From Macrostomum hystrix (lineage: Eukaryota; Animalia; Platyhelminthes): a DNA stretch of 64,000 bases. The stretch spans positions 11,904,001 through 11,968,000 of the forward strand of contig CATNEN010000001.1 in NCBI GenBank assembly GCA_950097015.1, in the 5' to 3' direction. Positions 10,522-23,830 of the stretch are shown piece after piece (positions within the stretch are counted from its first letter, which is position 1; every line of letters starts with the position of its first letter). The notes beneath the pieces are model-generated. The model did not search any database, was not told the DNA's origin, and was given only the letters and a program-made list of their open reading frames with translations. A program made the translations under genes and the position numbers.

Positions 10522-13047
10522 CCTGTCCTGTCTCATCTCTCCCCTGTCTTATCTCTCCCCTGTCTCATCTCTCCCCTGTCTTATCTCTCCCCTGTCTCAT
10601 CTCTCCCCTGTCTCATCTCTCCCCTATCTCATCTCTCCCCTGTCTCATCTATCCCCTATCTCATCTCTCCCCTGTCTCATCTCTCCCCTGTCTCATCTCT
10701 CCCCTGTCTCATCTCTACACTGTCTCATTTCTCCCTCGTCTCATCTCTCCCTCGTCTCATCTCTCCCCTGTCTCATCTCTCCACTGTCTCATCTCTCCCC
10801 TGTCTTATTTCTCCCCTGTCTCATCTCTCCCCTGTCTCATCTCTCCCCTGTCTCATCTCTCCCCTGTCTCATCTATCCCCTATCTCATCTCTCCCCTGTC
10901 TCATCTCTCCCCTGTCTCATCTCTCCCCTATCTCATCTCTCCCCTGTCTCATCTCTCCCCTGTCTCATCTCTCCCCTGTCTCATCTCTCCCCTGTCTCAT
11001 CTCTACACTGTCTCATCTCTCCCCTGTCTCATCTCTCCACTGTCTCATTTCTCCCTCGTCTCATCTCTCCCTCGTCTCATCTCTCCCCTGTCTCATCTCT
11101 CCACTGTCTCATCTCTCCCCTGTCTTATTTCTCCCCTGTCTCATCTCTCCCCTGTCTCATCTCTCCCCTGTCTCATCTCTCCCCTGTCTCATCTCTCCCC
11201 TGTCTTATCTCTCCCCTGTCTCATCTCTCCCCTGTCTTATCTCTCCCCTGTCTCATCTCTCCCCTGTCTCATCTCTCCCCTATCTCATCTCTCCCCTGTC
11301 TTATCTCTACCCTGTCTCATCTCTCCCCTGTCTCATCTCTCCCCTGTCTTATCTCTCCCCTGTCTCATCTCTCCCCTGTCTTATTTCTCCCCTGTCTCAT
11401 CTCTCCCCTGTCTCATCTCTCCCCTGTCTCATCTCTCCCCTGTCTCATCTCTCCCCTGTCTCATCTCTCCCCTGTCTCATCTCTCCCCTGTCTTATCTCT
11501 CCCCTGTCTCATCTCTCCCCTGTCTTATCTCTCCCCTGTCTCATCTCTACACTGTCTCATTTCTCCCTCGTCTCATCTCTCCCTCGTCTCATCTCTCCCC
11601 TGTCTCATCTCTCCACTGTCTCATCTCTCCCCTGTCTCATCTCTCCCCTGTCTCATCTCTCCCCTGTCTCATCTCTCCCCTATCTCATCTCTCCCCTGTC
11701 TTATCTCTCCCCTGTCTCATCTCTCCCCTGTCTCATCTCTCCCCTGTCTTATCTCTCCCCTGTCTCATCTCTACACTGTCTCATTTCTCCCTCGTCTCAT
11801 CTCTCCCTCGTCTCATCTCTCCCCTGTCTCATCTCTCCACTGTCTCATCTCTCCCCTGTCTTATTTCTCCCCTGTCTCATCTCTCCCCTGTCTCATCTCT
11901 CCCCTGTCTCATCTCTCCCCTGTCTCATCTCTCCCCTGTCTCATCTCTCCCCTGTCTCATCTCTCCACTGTCTCATCTCTCCCCTGTCTTATTTCTCCCC
12001 TGTCTCATCTCTACACTGTCTCATTTCTCCCTCGTCTCATCTCTCCCTCGTCTCATCTCTCCCCTGTCTCATCTCTCCACTGTCTCATCTCTCCCCTGTC
12101 TTATTTCTCCCCTGTCTCATCTCTCCCCTGTCTCATCTCTCCCCTGTCTCATCTCTCCCCTATCTCATCTCTCCCCTGTCTCATCTCTCCCCTGTCTCAT
12201 CTATCCCCTATCTCATCTCTCCCCTGTCTCATCTCTCCCCTGTCTCATCTCTCCCCTGTCTCATCTCTCCCCTGTCTTATTTCTCCCCTGTCTCATCTCT
12301 CCCCTGTCTCATCTATCCCCTATCTCATCTCTCCCCTGTCTCATCTCTCCCCTGTCTCATCTCTCCCCTGTCTCATCTCTCCCCTGTCTTATTTCTCCCC
12401 TGTCTCATCTCTCCCCTGTCTCATCTATCCCCTATCTCATCTCTCCCCTGTCTCATCTCTCCCCTGTCTCATCTCTCCCCTATCTCATCTCTCCCCTGTC
12501 TCATCTCTCCCCTGTCTCATCTCTCCCCTGTCTCATCTCTCCCCTGTCTCATCTCTCCCCTGTCTCATCTCTCCCCTGTCTCATCTCTCCACTGTCTCAT
12601 CTCTCCCCTGTCTTATTTCTCCCCTGTCTCATCTCTCCCCTGTCTCATCTCTCCCCTGTCTTATCTCTCCCCTGTCTCATCTCTACACTGTCTCATTTCT
12701 CCCTCGTCTCATCTCTCCCTCGTCTCATCTCTCCCCTGTCTCATCTCTCCCCTGTCTCATCTCTCCCCTGTCTCATCTCTCCCCTGTCTCATCTCTCCCC
12801 TGTCTCATCTCTCCCCTGTCTCATCTCTCCCCTGTCTCATCTCTCCCCTGTCTTATCTCTCCCCTGTCTCATCTCTACACTGTCTCATTTCTCCCTCGTC
12901 TCATCTCTCCCTCGTCTCATCTCTCCCCTGTCTCATCTCTCCCCTGTCTCATCTCTCCCCTGTCTCATCTCTCCCCTGTCTCATCTCTCCCCTGTCTCAT
13001 CTCTCCCCTGTCTCATCTCTCCCCTGTCTCATCTCTCCACTGTCTCA
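10522..13047. repeat. 16-bp pyrimidine-rich minisatellite (CTGTCTCATCTCTCCC)n, ~155 copies
   Basis: Direct reading; it explains the spurious 882-aa ORF with 16-aa periodicity. Confidence 0.97.
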
Positions 13048-13059
13048 CATTTCTAAAGT

Positions 13060-13128
13060 CAGTGCGGCCCGCTGTGGTCTTTAAGGTTTTCTCTTTGGCC
13101 CGCTAGCCAATAAGTTTGCCGACCCATG
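13060..13128. mobile_element. hAT (Charlie-like) DNA transposon terminus
   Basis: GTTTGCCGACCCATG at 13114-13128 (reverse complement CATGGGTCGGCAAAC, similar to the hAT TIR CAGGGGTCGGCAAAC). GGCCCGC subterminal motifs; followed by the 8-mer CTTTAGGG with central TA. Confidence 0.6.
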
Positions 13129-14023
13129 CTTTAGGGTGTCTGGTTTTTCTAAAGTTTTTGCACGGAAAAGATTAGTGGGATTGTAAAATCTAGATACCTT
13201 TCTAACATCACCTTGTTTCTCTTGTAATCCTACTCACCCTTCAATATGAAACCTTGCCTGCCTGTCTTTATAAAGATTTAAATGAGGCCAAAACTACGGA
13301 AAACGAATGCCACGGAGCTGCACTTGAATCCTGGTGTGTCAGTTGACAGGAAACATTCAACTCACCGGACATTATCGACCTGCTCAAACAGACAGCAAAT
13401 CCAGAAAGGATTATGCTGTTTCGGCCTAGCCTTGCGCAGAATTGTCTATACTCACGATTGACTGAGAAGACTGAGCTGCATGGCACCCTATTTTATATAC
13501 GTGAGTTAGGTTCAGCTAAACACTTTTGTAATCGCACTTGCCAATACACTAGGCGTTGGTCAATAACAAACCCTGCGACCCACCCAGTCCAATTACGAGT
13601 AGAATCGGATAGCGCGATCTCTGTCACAACCAAAAAAGACTAAATGGCGCATTGCTGCCTGAGGTACTCGGGTTTTTCATCAAGCCACACACGCAGCACA
13701 CTTCTCTAGTTGGCTATAGAGGCATGAGGCTTTTGTTGCTCATTTATTTCGTCTAAGCGGCGCGGGCTGGGCTATAAAACTGTTTAAAGAGACTGCTTAA
13801 TATGCGCTCCATATGTCAAGACAGATTCCAAATGTAACTCTCCTGCCTATCCTCTCTCTATACCCAGCTAAGCAAAGTTTATCTCATGGTAAAAATAGAG
13901 GCAGTGCCAACCCACCCAAAGGGCAAGCGTCATCCATAGAAAAAAGGATGGATGGAAAGATGCAATTTATTGTGTGAAGTCATGTCGTAATGGATCAACT
14001 GCTAACAGGAAAAATAGCAATGT

Positions 14024-14625
14024 AGAGAAATGGCACTCTGCAGAATTGGCACTCTGCACAAATGGCACTCTGGAGAAATGGCACCCCACAAAAATAGCAC
14101 TCAAGAGAAATGGCACTCTAGAGAAATGACGCTCAAGAGAAATGACACACTAATATAGAAATGGCACTCTTGAGAAATGGCACTCTAGTGAAATGGCACT
14201 CTAGAGAAATGACACACTAATATAGAAATGGCACTCTTGAGAAATGGCACTCTAGTGAAATGGCACTCTTGAGAAATGGCACTCTAGTGAAATGGCACTC
14301 TTGAGAAATGGCACTCTAGTGAAATGGCACTCTTGAGAAATGGCACTCTAGTGAAATGGCACTCTAGTGAAATGGCACTCTAGTGAAATGGCACTCTTGA
14401 GAAATGGCACTCTAGTGAAATGGCACTCTAGAGAAATGGCACTCTAGTGAAATGGCACTCTTGGGAAATGGCACTCTAGTGAAATGGCACTCTAGTGAAA
14501 TGGCACTCTAATGAAATGGCACTCTAGTGAAATGGCACTCTAGTGAAATGGCACTCTAGAGAAATTACACTCTAGAGAAATTACACTCTATAGAGAAATG
14601 GCACTCTAGAGAAATGTCGTCTAGA
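14024..14625. repeat. 16-bp minisatellite (GAAATGGCACTCTAGT)n, ~35 copies
   Basis: Direct reading. Confidence 0.95.
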
Positions 14626-17343
14626 GAACTGTTTGTCTGTCGAAATGACACTTTGGAGTTATGACACGCAGAAGAAATAAGATAGCAACTCGATAAACAG
14701 CTCTTCTGGTGGTAAAAAAAAACAAAACGAAACAACACGAATTAGGAAATATAAACAGCCAGTCGAGGTCGTTCTATAAAGAATTTCCTAAAACAAAAAG
14801 ATAAATACAGACTGTTCACATCAGATCTTTCACACATCTAGTAGCCTGTCTTACCAGCGTCAGCATCAAAAATAACAAACCTCAACTCTATGTATGGAAC
14901 TGGCCCAGCTGATGACGACAAAGTGGCTGCATGGCTGTGCTATACTAGATATTATGAACTCAAACTTAAATCGTGTTTTTACAGCTGTGCAATTGAATAG
15001 CTATAGGCGAGACAGAAAACATAACAAAATTTGTTTAGCATTGAAATGCTTTTATTTTGTATTAATGTGAACCTGTTCTAATGGATGTGCAAAAGTAGAA
15101 TTTGTTTAGCTTTTCACTTTGCTTTTCATGTTTAAATTCTTTGCAAATTTAAAACAAATTTCCCACCATAAACAATTACAAAGTAGATCTCACAGAATAC
15201 AGTGTATTCTGTGGTAGATCTAGACGAAGAGATCGACAAAGTAGAATTGGTACGAATATATTTGTCTAGTTTATATTTTTGTTTTGGTATCAGCACTTAT
15301 GAGGCCACGTTTTGGTATCAGTTACAATTTCTTTAAATGTGGGGACAGAATACATTGCTTCGAAGATCTCGAACAGCCAGTGACAACTGCAGTACCGTGT
15401 AGTACGTTCAAAGTACGTACGGAAATTTCTACCCCATCATGCTCAAAAATTGCTCTTGACTTGCTCTTTCATCCAAATTCAGCTAACCCACAATTACTAA
15501 CTCTTGAAGAGCAAAAGGAAAAAATAAATATGAGGAAAAGGCCTACTCCAGTTGTATGTTCTATTGCAGGATCTACTCAAAGTTGTCCATGAATCGGCCT
15601 TGAACTATTTTTGCCACCGCTTTTGCGACTGTATATAGCGTCGTAGTTTATAAGTACTGTCCTTGAGACTAATTGTCTGGACCATGGGCTCGAGTTATGG
15701 ACACATCACAATCTTACAGTCCGGAGCCAAGAATCCTGTGGTTCTGCAGCAATGTGTGGTGTAAATGTACATAAAAACTCCTACTAAAACGCTGAGATAA
15801 AATGTTGTATAAATGAGGTATAAAACGACAATATAATACTTGCAACTTGACAATATGTGTTATGAAAATGTTTATATTAATTAAATATAGGGTACTTAAA
15901 TTAGAATTTAAATTGCCTATCATTTGAAGGTGCCCATACGCAGCATTCCTCAAGACACATTTTCTTGTTACGCTTTTCAATTGCTACCTGCTTTAAAAGA
16001 ATATATATATTAGTAAGGTCTTCAAAGCTTTTGAACTTCTAATTACATCATCAATATGCTTACATAAATAAAATATAATGTTCATTCAGTTTATCTTGAT
16101 TAACTGCACTGCTTTCTAAAGCACGATATTAAAGTGACAAAAAAACCCGAAAATCTTTGAATGACAAAGAAAGAAAGACATGTCAAAGAAAAAGAATTTC
16201 TGTCGTCATCAACCAACAGTTTTTCGTCGCGAGCTCTAATTCTGATCAATAAAGTAGACATAACAGAACTTTGACAGAATATTCTGTCAGTAGACCGATA
16301 TGGTTATGATTCCATCTAAAAGTTTTCAAGGTCATTATTATATTGCTCACTAGGCTGAGCCTAGTAGGCTCTATTGTTAATTGCTGTTGCTCTATATAGA
16401 CGAAGCGAAACGAATGCACATAGTTCACCTTTAGTATAGGCCTACACTTTTCAATTTATTATAATTGTGTTGAACTTAAACTATTGCAAATCATAGTGCT
16501 GACTTTGACTATAGAATATGTGAGTTTATCTTAAATTGATATTACAAATGGAGATTGTGTAATTTAGCCCTATAAATTATAGTTTATTTTCTTAAGCACT
16601 AGGTCACATGTTTGGTCTAATAACTATTGGCTTAGCTAAGTATTGATAAAAGCCTAAATTAGTGGCTATTTGTTGTTTAATTTGTAATTTGTTTTTTTTT
16701 GGGTAGTATTATGTTATAAAAAAGTAAGTTTAATATGTACATTTTGACTTCATGTTGTATTTTAAAACTTTTTGAATGCTGCCCCCTTTTCAGATTTTGA
16801 CATTAAAATATCCTTAGCTTAGTAAACAGTACCAGTTTTGGCTTTAGTTTGACTTAATTGCTAAAAAATGTATTCTGAATTTTTTTCATGTATATTTTTA
16901 AGCTTCTCTTAAATGTTTTATGTTAGCTTAGCTACATTACTAGACATTTTTATCTAGAATTATTTTTTTATTTCTAATATTTTTTTCAAAGTTCAAATTT
17001 TTCTAAATTAATAGTAGGACACCTTGGCTTCAGATTCATGTCAGACCGTCACATGGCATCAAATTTCCTTAATTCAAATATGTCTCTCATTGTGTTAAGA
17101 GATAGGATAAATAATGTAGGTCACTTATATTAGCCTCTTACTTTTGGAATACAATCAGTTTATAGTTTTATTTTTGTTTCTAGTAAATTGTCTTCCAAGT
17201 TCTTTTGATTTTGAGGATTAAACCTAAGCTGTGTCAATTATATGATACAAGCTATATATTGACATTAGATTATGCTCCAAAATTTAATAAATTGTGGATA
17301 AAAATATTTGAATTTCAGCATTTTTGCATCCTGAGGATAGAAT

Positions 17344-18249
17344 ATGCTGTCAATCAATGGCCACAACAACTGGCTAGACATTCTTAGAAATTCTGCCTGT
17401 CTTCTTCTCCTAGTAGTGGCTTGGCCAACTGGCTGTGCTGCCCAGAACCAGCTCACTCGCAGTGTCCCAGGTGGCAGTATCAGCATTGTGGGCTCCAATT
17501 CTGGTGCTGGCTCCGCTGGTCCCGCCGACCTCATGACTCCAACATATCATAGGCGACCAGATGAGTACAACCTCGCTGTGAACTGCACGCCACACATGTT
17601 CATACCAGCCTACAGGGTGGAGCAGCCGCCATCAACTCTGGCTGTATCGGCGTCATCGCCAACTGGCTCCTCTAGCAGCTATCGTCTGAATTGGATAGTT
17701 AGGCCAGCTGAGCGCTACGAATATAATGTTGCCCACGCACCGCTGATGGCATTCGACATTGACGATAGCTGCCGGGTTGCCACGCCGGCCTCAGTCTCTG
17801 CCACATCAGCCGCCCTGCTGAACACAGGCAATTTCTGCGCTCTAGTCAGCGCCAAATCTTGCAGCTTGGCTCAGATAGTACTAGCTGTGCGCCACTTGTC
17901 AATCAGGTCGCGCTTATTCTTGTTGCGCAATGTTGCCGAACGCGGAGCCGAAGCTGGGCCATTGTTGGAGCCGAACGATGAGATTAGCCTACAGTTTCCG
18001 CCCGGTCTGGTGGCATTCGCATACGCTGGCAGTTTTGGCTCCCCGGATCGCTTAGCCCAGGACCTGAGAAATCGGACCTGCAGTGTTAGCATTCATTATC
18101 GACTGTCTGCTCTGGACAATCTTATTAATAAGACCTCCGTATTGTTTGTGTCGGTGTCATTTATCCTGCTAATGATTATTAGCTTGTCCTGGTTGGTTTT
18201 CTACTATGTGCAACGATTTAGATACCTGCACGCCAAGGAGAGACTGTCT
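17344..18249 (+). CDS. gol: Goliath/RNF130/RNF150-family E3 ligase exon 1 (signal peptide, divergent PA domain, TM helix)
   Basis: Signal-like [16 protein letters not shown]. The family signature [42 protein letters not shown] is present. Donor GTGAGT at 18250. Confidence 0.93.
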
Positions 18250-18321
18250 GTGAGTAGCCTAACTCTTAGTGTTACAGTCTAGAGTAGGTCCTTGAATTCC
18301 TTCTGCCTGACAGTCCTGATA

Positions 18322-20071
18322 GATATTTTAATTGTCTACCTGAAGACCCTAGTAAGAGATATAATGTCTACCTGAAGACCCTATAGTAAGAGATATAATT
18401 GTCTACCTGAATACTCAAGTAAGAGATATAATTGTCTACCTGAAGACCCTAGTAAAAGATATATTTGTCTACCAGAAGACCCTAGTAAAATAGATTTATT
18501 GTCTATCTGAAGACCCTAGTAAAATAGATTTATTGTCTACCAGAAGACCCTAGTAAGCGATATAATTGTCTATCTGAAGACCCTAGTAAGCGATATAATT
18601 GTCTACCAGAAGACCCTAGTAAGCGATATAATTGTCTATCTGAAGACCCTAGTAAGCGATACAATTGTCTACCTGAAGACCCTAGTAAGCGATATAATTG
18701 TCTATCTGAAGACCCTAGTAAGCGATATAATTGTCTATCTGAAGACCCTAGTAAGCGATATAATTGTCTACCTGAAGACCCTAGTAAGCGATATAATTGT
18801 CTATCTGAAGACCCTAGTAAGCGATATAATTGTCTATCTGAAGACCCTAGTAAGCGATATAATTGTCTACCTGAAGACCTAGTAAGCGATATAATTGTCT
18901 ACCTGAAGACCTAGTAAGCGATATAATTGTCTATCTGAAGACCTAGTAAGCGATATAATTGTCTATCTGAAGACCCTAGTAAGCGATATAATTGTCTATC
19001 TGAAGACCCTAGTAAGCGATACAATTGTCTACCTGAAGACCCTAGTAAGCGATACAATTGTCTACCTGAAGACCTAGTAAGCGATATAATTGTCTATCTG
19101 AAGACCTAGTAAGCGATATAATTTTCTATCTGAAGACCCTAGTAAGCGATATAATTGTCTATCTGAAGACCCTAGTAAGCGATACAATTGTCTACCTGAA
19201 GACCCTAGTAAGCGATATAATTGTCTACCTGAAGACCCTAGTAAGCGATATAATTGTCTATCTGAAGACCCTAGTAAGCGATATAATTGTCTACCTGAAG
19301 ACCCTAGTAAGCGATATAATTGTCTATCTGAAGACCCTAGTAAGCGATATAATTGTCTATCTGAAGACCCTAGTAAGCGATATAATTGTCTACCTGAAGA
19401 CCTAGTAAGCGATATAATTGTCTATCTGAAGACCTAGTAAGCGATATAATTGTCTATCTGAAGACCCTAGTAAGCGATATAATTGTCTACCTGAAGACCC
19501 TAGTAAGCGATATAATTGTCTATCTGAAGACCCTAGTAAGCGATATAATTGTCTATCTGAAGACCCTAGTAAGCGATATAATTGTCTACCTGAAGACCCT
19601 AGTAAGCGATATAATTGTCTATCTGAAGACCCTAGTAAGCGATATAATTGTCTATCTGAAGACCCTAGTAAGCGATACAATTGTCTACCTGAAGACCCTA
19701 GTAAGCGATATAATTGTCTACCTGAAGACCCTAGTAAGCGATATAATTGTCTATCTGAAGACCCTAGTAAGCGATACAATTGTCTACCTGAAGACCCTAG
19801 TAAGCGATATAATTGTCTATCTGAAGACCCTAGTAAGCGATACAATTATCTACCTGAAGACCCTAGTAAGCGATACAATTGTCTACCTGAAGACCCTAGT
19901 AAGCGATATAATTGTCTACCTGAAGACCCTAGTAAGCGATACAATTGTCTACCTGAAGACCCTAGTAAGCGATATAATTGTCTACCTGAAGACCCTAGTA
20001 AAATAGTTTAATTGTCTACCTGAAGACCCTAGTAAAATAGATTAATTGTCTACCTGAAGACCCTAGTAAAA
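18322..20071. repeat. 33-bp intronic minisatellite (ATTGTCTA[C/T]CTGAAGACCCTAGTAAGCGATATA)n, ~53 copies
   Basis: Direct reading; lies in RNF intron 1. Confidence 0.97.
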
Positions 20072-20161
20072 TATTAAAAAGATTATTACCCGAAGCCATT
20101 GTTCTTCAGAAATTGTCGACCTGATATTTATAAAGAAGTTTTATTTCAATTCCAATTTCAG

Positions 20162-20233
20162 CGCCGACTAGGCAATGCGGCAAAGAAGGCACTGACGATG
20201 ATTCCAGTGAGAATACTAAAGCCAGGAGACAAG
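20162..20233 (+). CDS. gol: Goliath-family E3 ligase exon 2
   Basis: TTTCAG acceptor, GTATGA donor. Encodes RRLGNAAKKALTMIPVRILKPGDK, the conserved juxtamembrane segment. Confidence 0.92.
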
Positions 20234-20936
20234 GTATGAATAGGCGCGTGTTTTCAGTGTACAGTTTTGTCGTAATGTCAATATAACATTATATTTTTCG
20301 TTTACCTTTTAACTATCTATGCGAGGCGAGTTTGTAACGGCCTAGTTTTATGAACAAAATGATAGCATAATGAGAATTGTGGAGTGTAGAGTGTGGATAA
20401 TCAGATTTATAAAGGAGTAATTTCCTTTAAAAAATCGTCAGACCCTACATTTCTGCTTGTGCTGCTTGGGCTAAATTCGCTAGTCGAAATTATTTTCTCG
20501 CCCACCTACGCAACCTTGATTAAGTTAAAATTTCTTTAAAAAATCGGTTAATCCTCAGAATACTCTGTAATCAATTGATGTTCATCAACTAATCCGTTGG
20601 GAGTTATCTTTTTTGAATCCATATTCTGCTAGGACTAACAGCTTTTTGTCCAAGTCTAGATTTTTTAGAACTAATCTTAATCTGCTTCTGCCACTGCTGC
20701 TAATGCTGGTTGGAATTATTCCCTTACGGCAATAATTATTGAGCAAGGAGCTTAGTGTGCTCAGAAAACTGTCCCAGCTAAAATTCTCCTAAAATTCTCC
20801 TGCCAGCAATCTGCTTCATTTAGGTCTTAACCTATAGCCACCTTTTTTCTCAAATTATATGTACTCAAAGCCATGTGTAGCTTGGGCCCACGTTATCAAA
20901 GTATGAGATTAACAGATGAAACTGTTTCTCGATTGG

Positions 20937-22148
20937 GATTGTCAAATCTCCCAGATCCTCATAGTTCAAGATTGTCAAATCTCCCAGATCCTCATAGTTC
21001 AAGATTGTCAAATCTCCCAGATCCTCATAGTTTAAGATTGTCAAATCTCCCAGATCCTCATAGTTTAAGATTGTCAAATCTCCCAGATCCTCATAGTTTA
21101 GGATTATCAAATCTCCCAGATCCTCATAGTTTAAGATTGTCAAATCTCCCAGATCCTCATAGTTTAAGATTGTCAAATCTCCCAGATCCTCATAGTTTAA
21201 GATTGTCAAATCTCCCAGATCCTCATAGTTTAAGATTGTCAAATCTCCCAGATCCTCATAGTTTAGGATTATCAAATCTCCCAGATCCTCATAGTTTAAG
21301 ATTGTCAAATCTCCCAGATCCTCATAGTTCAAGATTGTCAAATCTCCCAGATCCTCATAGTTTAGGATTATCAAATCTCCCAGATCCTCATAGTTTAGGA
21401 TTGTCAAATCTCCCAGATCCTCATAGTTTAGGATTGTCAAATCTCCCAGATCCTCATAGTTTAGGATTGTCAAATCTCCCAGATCCTCATAGTTTAAGAT
21501 TGTCAAATCTCCCAGATCCTCATAGTTTAAGATTGTCAAATCTCCCAGATCCTCATAGTTTAAGATTGTCAAATCTCCCAGATCCTCATAGTTTAAGATT
21601 GTCAAATCTCCCAGATCCTCATAGTTCAAGATTGTCAAATCTCCCAGATCCTCATAGTTCAAGATTGTCAAATCTCCCAGATCCTCATAGTTTAAGATTG
21701 TCAAATCTCCCAGATCCTCATAGTTTAAGATTGTCAAATCTCCCAGATCCTCATAGTTTAAGATTGTCAAATCTCCCAGATCCTCATAGTTCAAGATTGT
21801 CAAATCTCCCAGATCCTCATAGTTTAAGATTGTCAAATCTCCCAGATCCTCATAGTTTAAGATTGTCAAATCTCCCAGATCCTCATAGTTCAAGATTGTC
21901 AAATCTCCCAGATCCTCATAGTTCAAGATTGTCAAATCTCCCAGATCCTCATAGTTTAAGATTGTCAAATCTCCCAGATCCTCATAGTTTAAGATTGTCA
22001 AATCTCCCAGATCCTCATAGTTCAAGATTGTCAAATCTCCCAGATCCTCATAGTTTAAGATTGTCAAATCTCCCAGATCCTCATAGTTTAAGATTGTCAA
22101 ATCTCCCAGATCCCCATAGTTTAGGATTATCAAATCTCCCAGATCATA
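20937..22148. repeat. 33-bp intronic minisatellite (GATTGTCAAATCTCCCAGATCCTCATAGTTTAA)n, ~36 copies
   Basis: Direct reading; lies in RNF intron 2 and is the source of the 462/422-aa repeat ORFs. Confidence 0.97.
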
Positions 22149-22414
22149 CTGAAATACTATCCAATATATTTTGTAACGATAATCATGTTTTCTGTTTACC
22201 GCTTCTCAGCAATTTTGGATGCAGGAGAATCCTGTTTCTTTTCATAGCCTGTGTAATCTAATGGGCTTATCGCTATTTTGCTAAAATATATTCATTTTTC
22301 CTTTATTTAAATTGTACAAAGCCATTCCTTGAATGGGTTTTTTCCGCTAGCTTTCATTATTTTTATCCTATTCAATAATCGCCTGATCGCCCCACACGTC
22401 CGGTTCATTGTCAG

Positions 22415-22497
22415 GATTTCGTTTGGATCGGAGACCAATGCGCGGTGTGCATCGAGCCTTACCGAGTGTCTGACACAGTCAGAATCCTGCCATGCAA
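22415..22497 (+). CDS. gol: Goliath-family E3 ligase exon 3 (RING-H2 N-terminal half)
   Basis: TCAG acceptor, GTGAGT donor. Encodes DFVWIGDQCAVCIEPYRVSDTVRILPCK. Confidence 0.93.
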
Positions 22498-22582
22498 GTG
22501 AGTGCTGGCCTGCCCCACTGCTTGGGATTCGGGAATGGCTTGGGAATTTCTGAGCTATTTGGCATTTCTAATCGTGTTCACG

Positions 22583-23830
22583 TTTGGGATTTGTGAATGC
22601 TTTGGGATTTGTGAGTGCTTTGGGATTTGTGAATGCTTTGGGATTTGTGAGTGCTTTGGGATTTGTGAATGCTTTGGGATTTGTGAGTGCTTTGGGATTT
22701 GTGAGTGCTTTGGGATTTGTGAGTGCTTTGGGATTTGTGAGTGCTTTGGGACTTTGGGATTTGTGAGTGCTTTGGGATTTGTGAATGCTTTGGGATTTGT
22801 GAATGCTTTGGGATTTGTGAATGCTTTGGGATTTGTGAATGCTTTGGGATTTGTGAATGCTTTGGGATTTGTGAGTGCTTTGGGATTTGTGAGTGCTTTG
22901 GGATTTGTGAGTGCTTTGGGACTTTGGGATTTGTGAGTGCTTTGGGATTTGTGAATGCTTTGGGATTTGTGAATGCTTTGGGACTTTGGGATTTGTGAGT
23001 GCTTTGGGATTTGTGAATGCTTTGGGATTTGTGAATGCTTTGGGATTTGTGAGTGCTTTGGGATTTGTGAGTGCTTTGGGATTTGTGAGTGCTTTGGGAT
23101 TTGTGAGTGCTTTGGGATTTGTGAATGCTTTGGGATTTGTGAATGCTTTGGGATTTGTGAATGCTTTGGGACTTTGGGATTTGTGAATGCTTTGGGACTT
23201 GTGAGTGCTTTGGGATTTGTGAGTGCTTTGGGATTTGTGAATGCTTTGGGATTTGTGAGTGCTTTGGGATTTGTGAATGCTTTGGGACTTTGGGATTTGT
23301 GAATGCTTTGGGACTTGTGAGTGCTTTGGGATTTGTGAGTGCTTTGGGATTTGTGAATGCTTTGGGACTTTGGGATTTGTGAATGCTTTGGGATTTGTGA
23401 ATGCTTTGGGATTTGTGAATGCTTTGGGATTTGTGAATGCTTTGGGATTTGTGAGTGCTTTGGGATTTGTGAATGCTTTGGGATTTGTGAATGCATTGGG
23501 ATTTGTGAGTGCTTTGGGATTTGTGAGTGCTTTGTTATTTGTGAATGCTATGGGACTTGTGAGTGCTTTGGGATTTGTGAGTGCTTTGTTATTTGTGAAT
23601 GCTATGGGACTTGTGAGTGCTTTGGGATTTGTGAGTGCTTTGGGATTTGTGAATGCTATGGGACTTTGGGATTTGTGAATGCATTGGGATTTGTGAGTGC
23701 TTTGGGGTTTGTGAGTGCTTTGGGATTTGTGAATGCTTTGGGATTTGTGAATGCTTTGGGATTTGTGAGTGCTTTGGGGTTTGTGAGTGCTTTGGGGTTT
23801 GTGAGTGCTTTGGGATTTGTGAATGCTTTG
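22583..23830. repeat. 18-bp minisatellite (TTTGGGATTTGTGA[A/G]TGC)n with recurring 8-bp TTTGGGAC insertions
   Basis: Direct reading; lies in RNF intron 3. Confidence 0.97.

Noticed and set aside
10436-13084. 882-aa ORF
   Set aside because: Translation of a stop-free 16-bp minisatellite with no domain content.
18322-20071. CRISPR-like 33-bp repeats
   Set aside because: Units are head-to-tail with no unique spacers, there are no cas genes, and the context is a eukaryotic intron.
20865-22261. 462-aa and 422-aa LRR-looking repeat ORFs on both strands
   Set aside because: A 33-bp repeat inside a well-phased RNF intron; open on both strands only because the unit is a multiple of 3.
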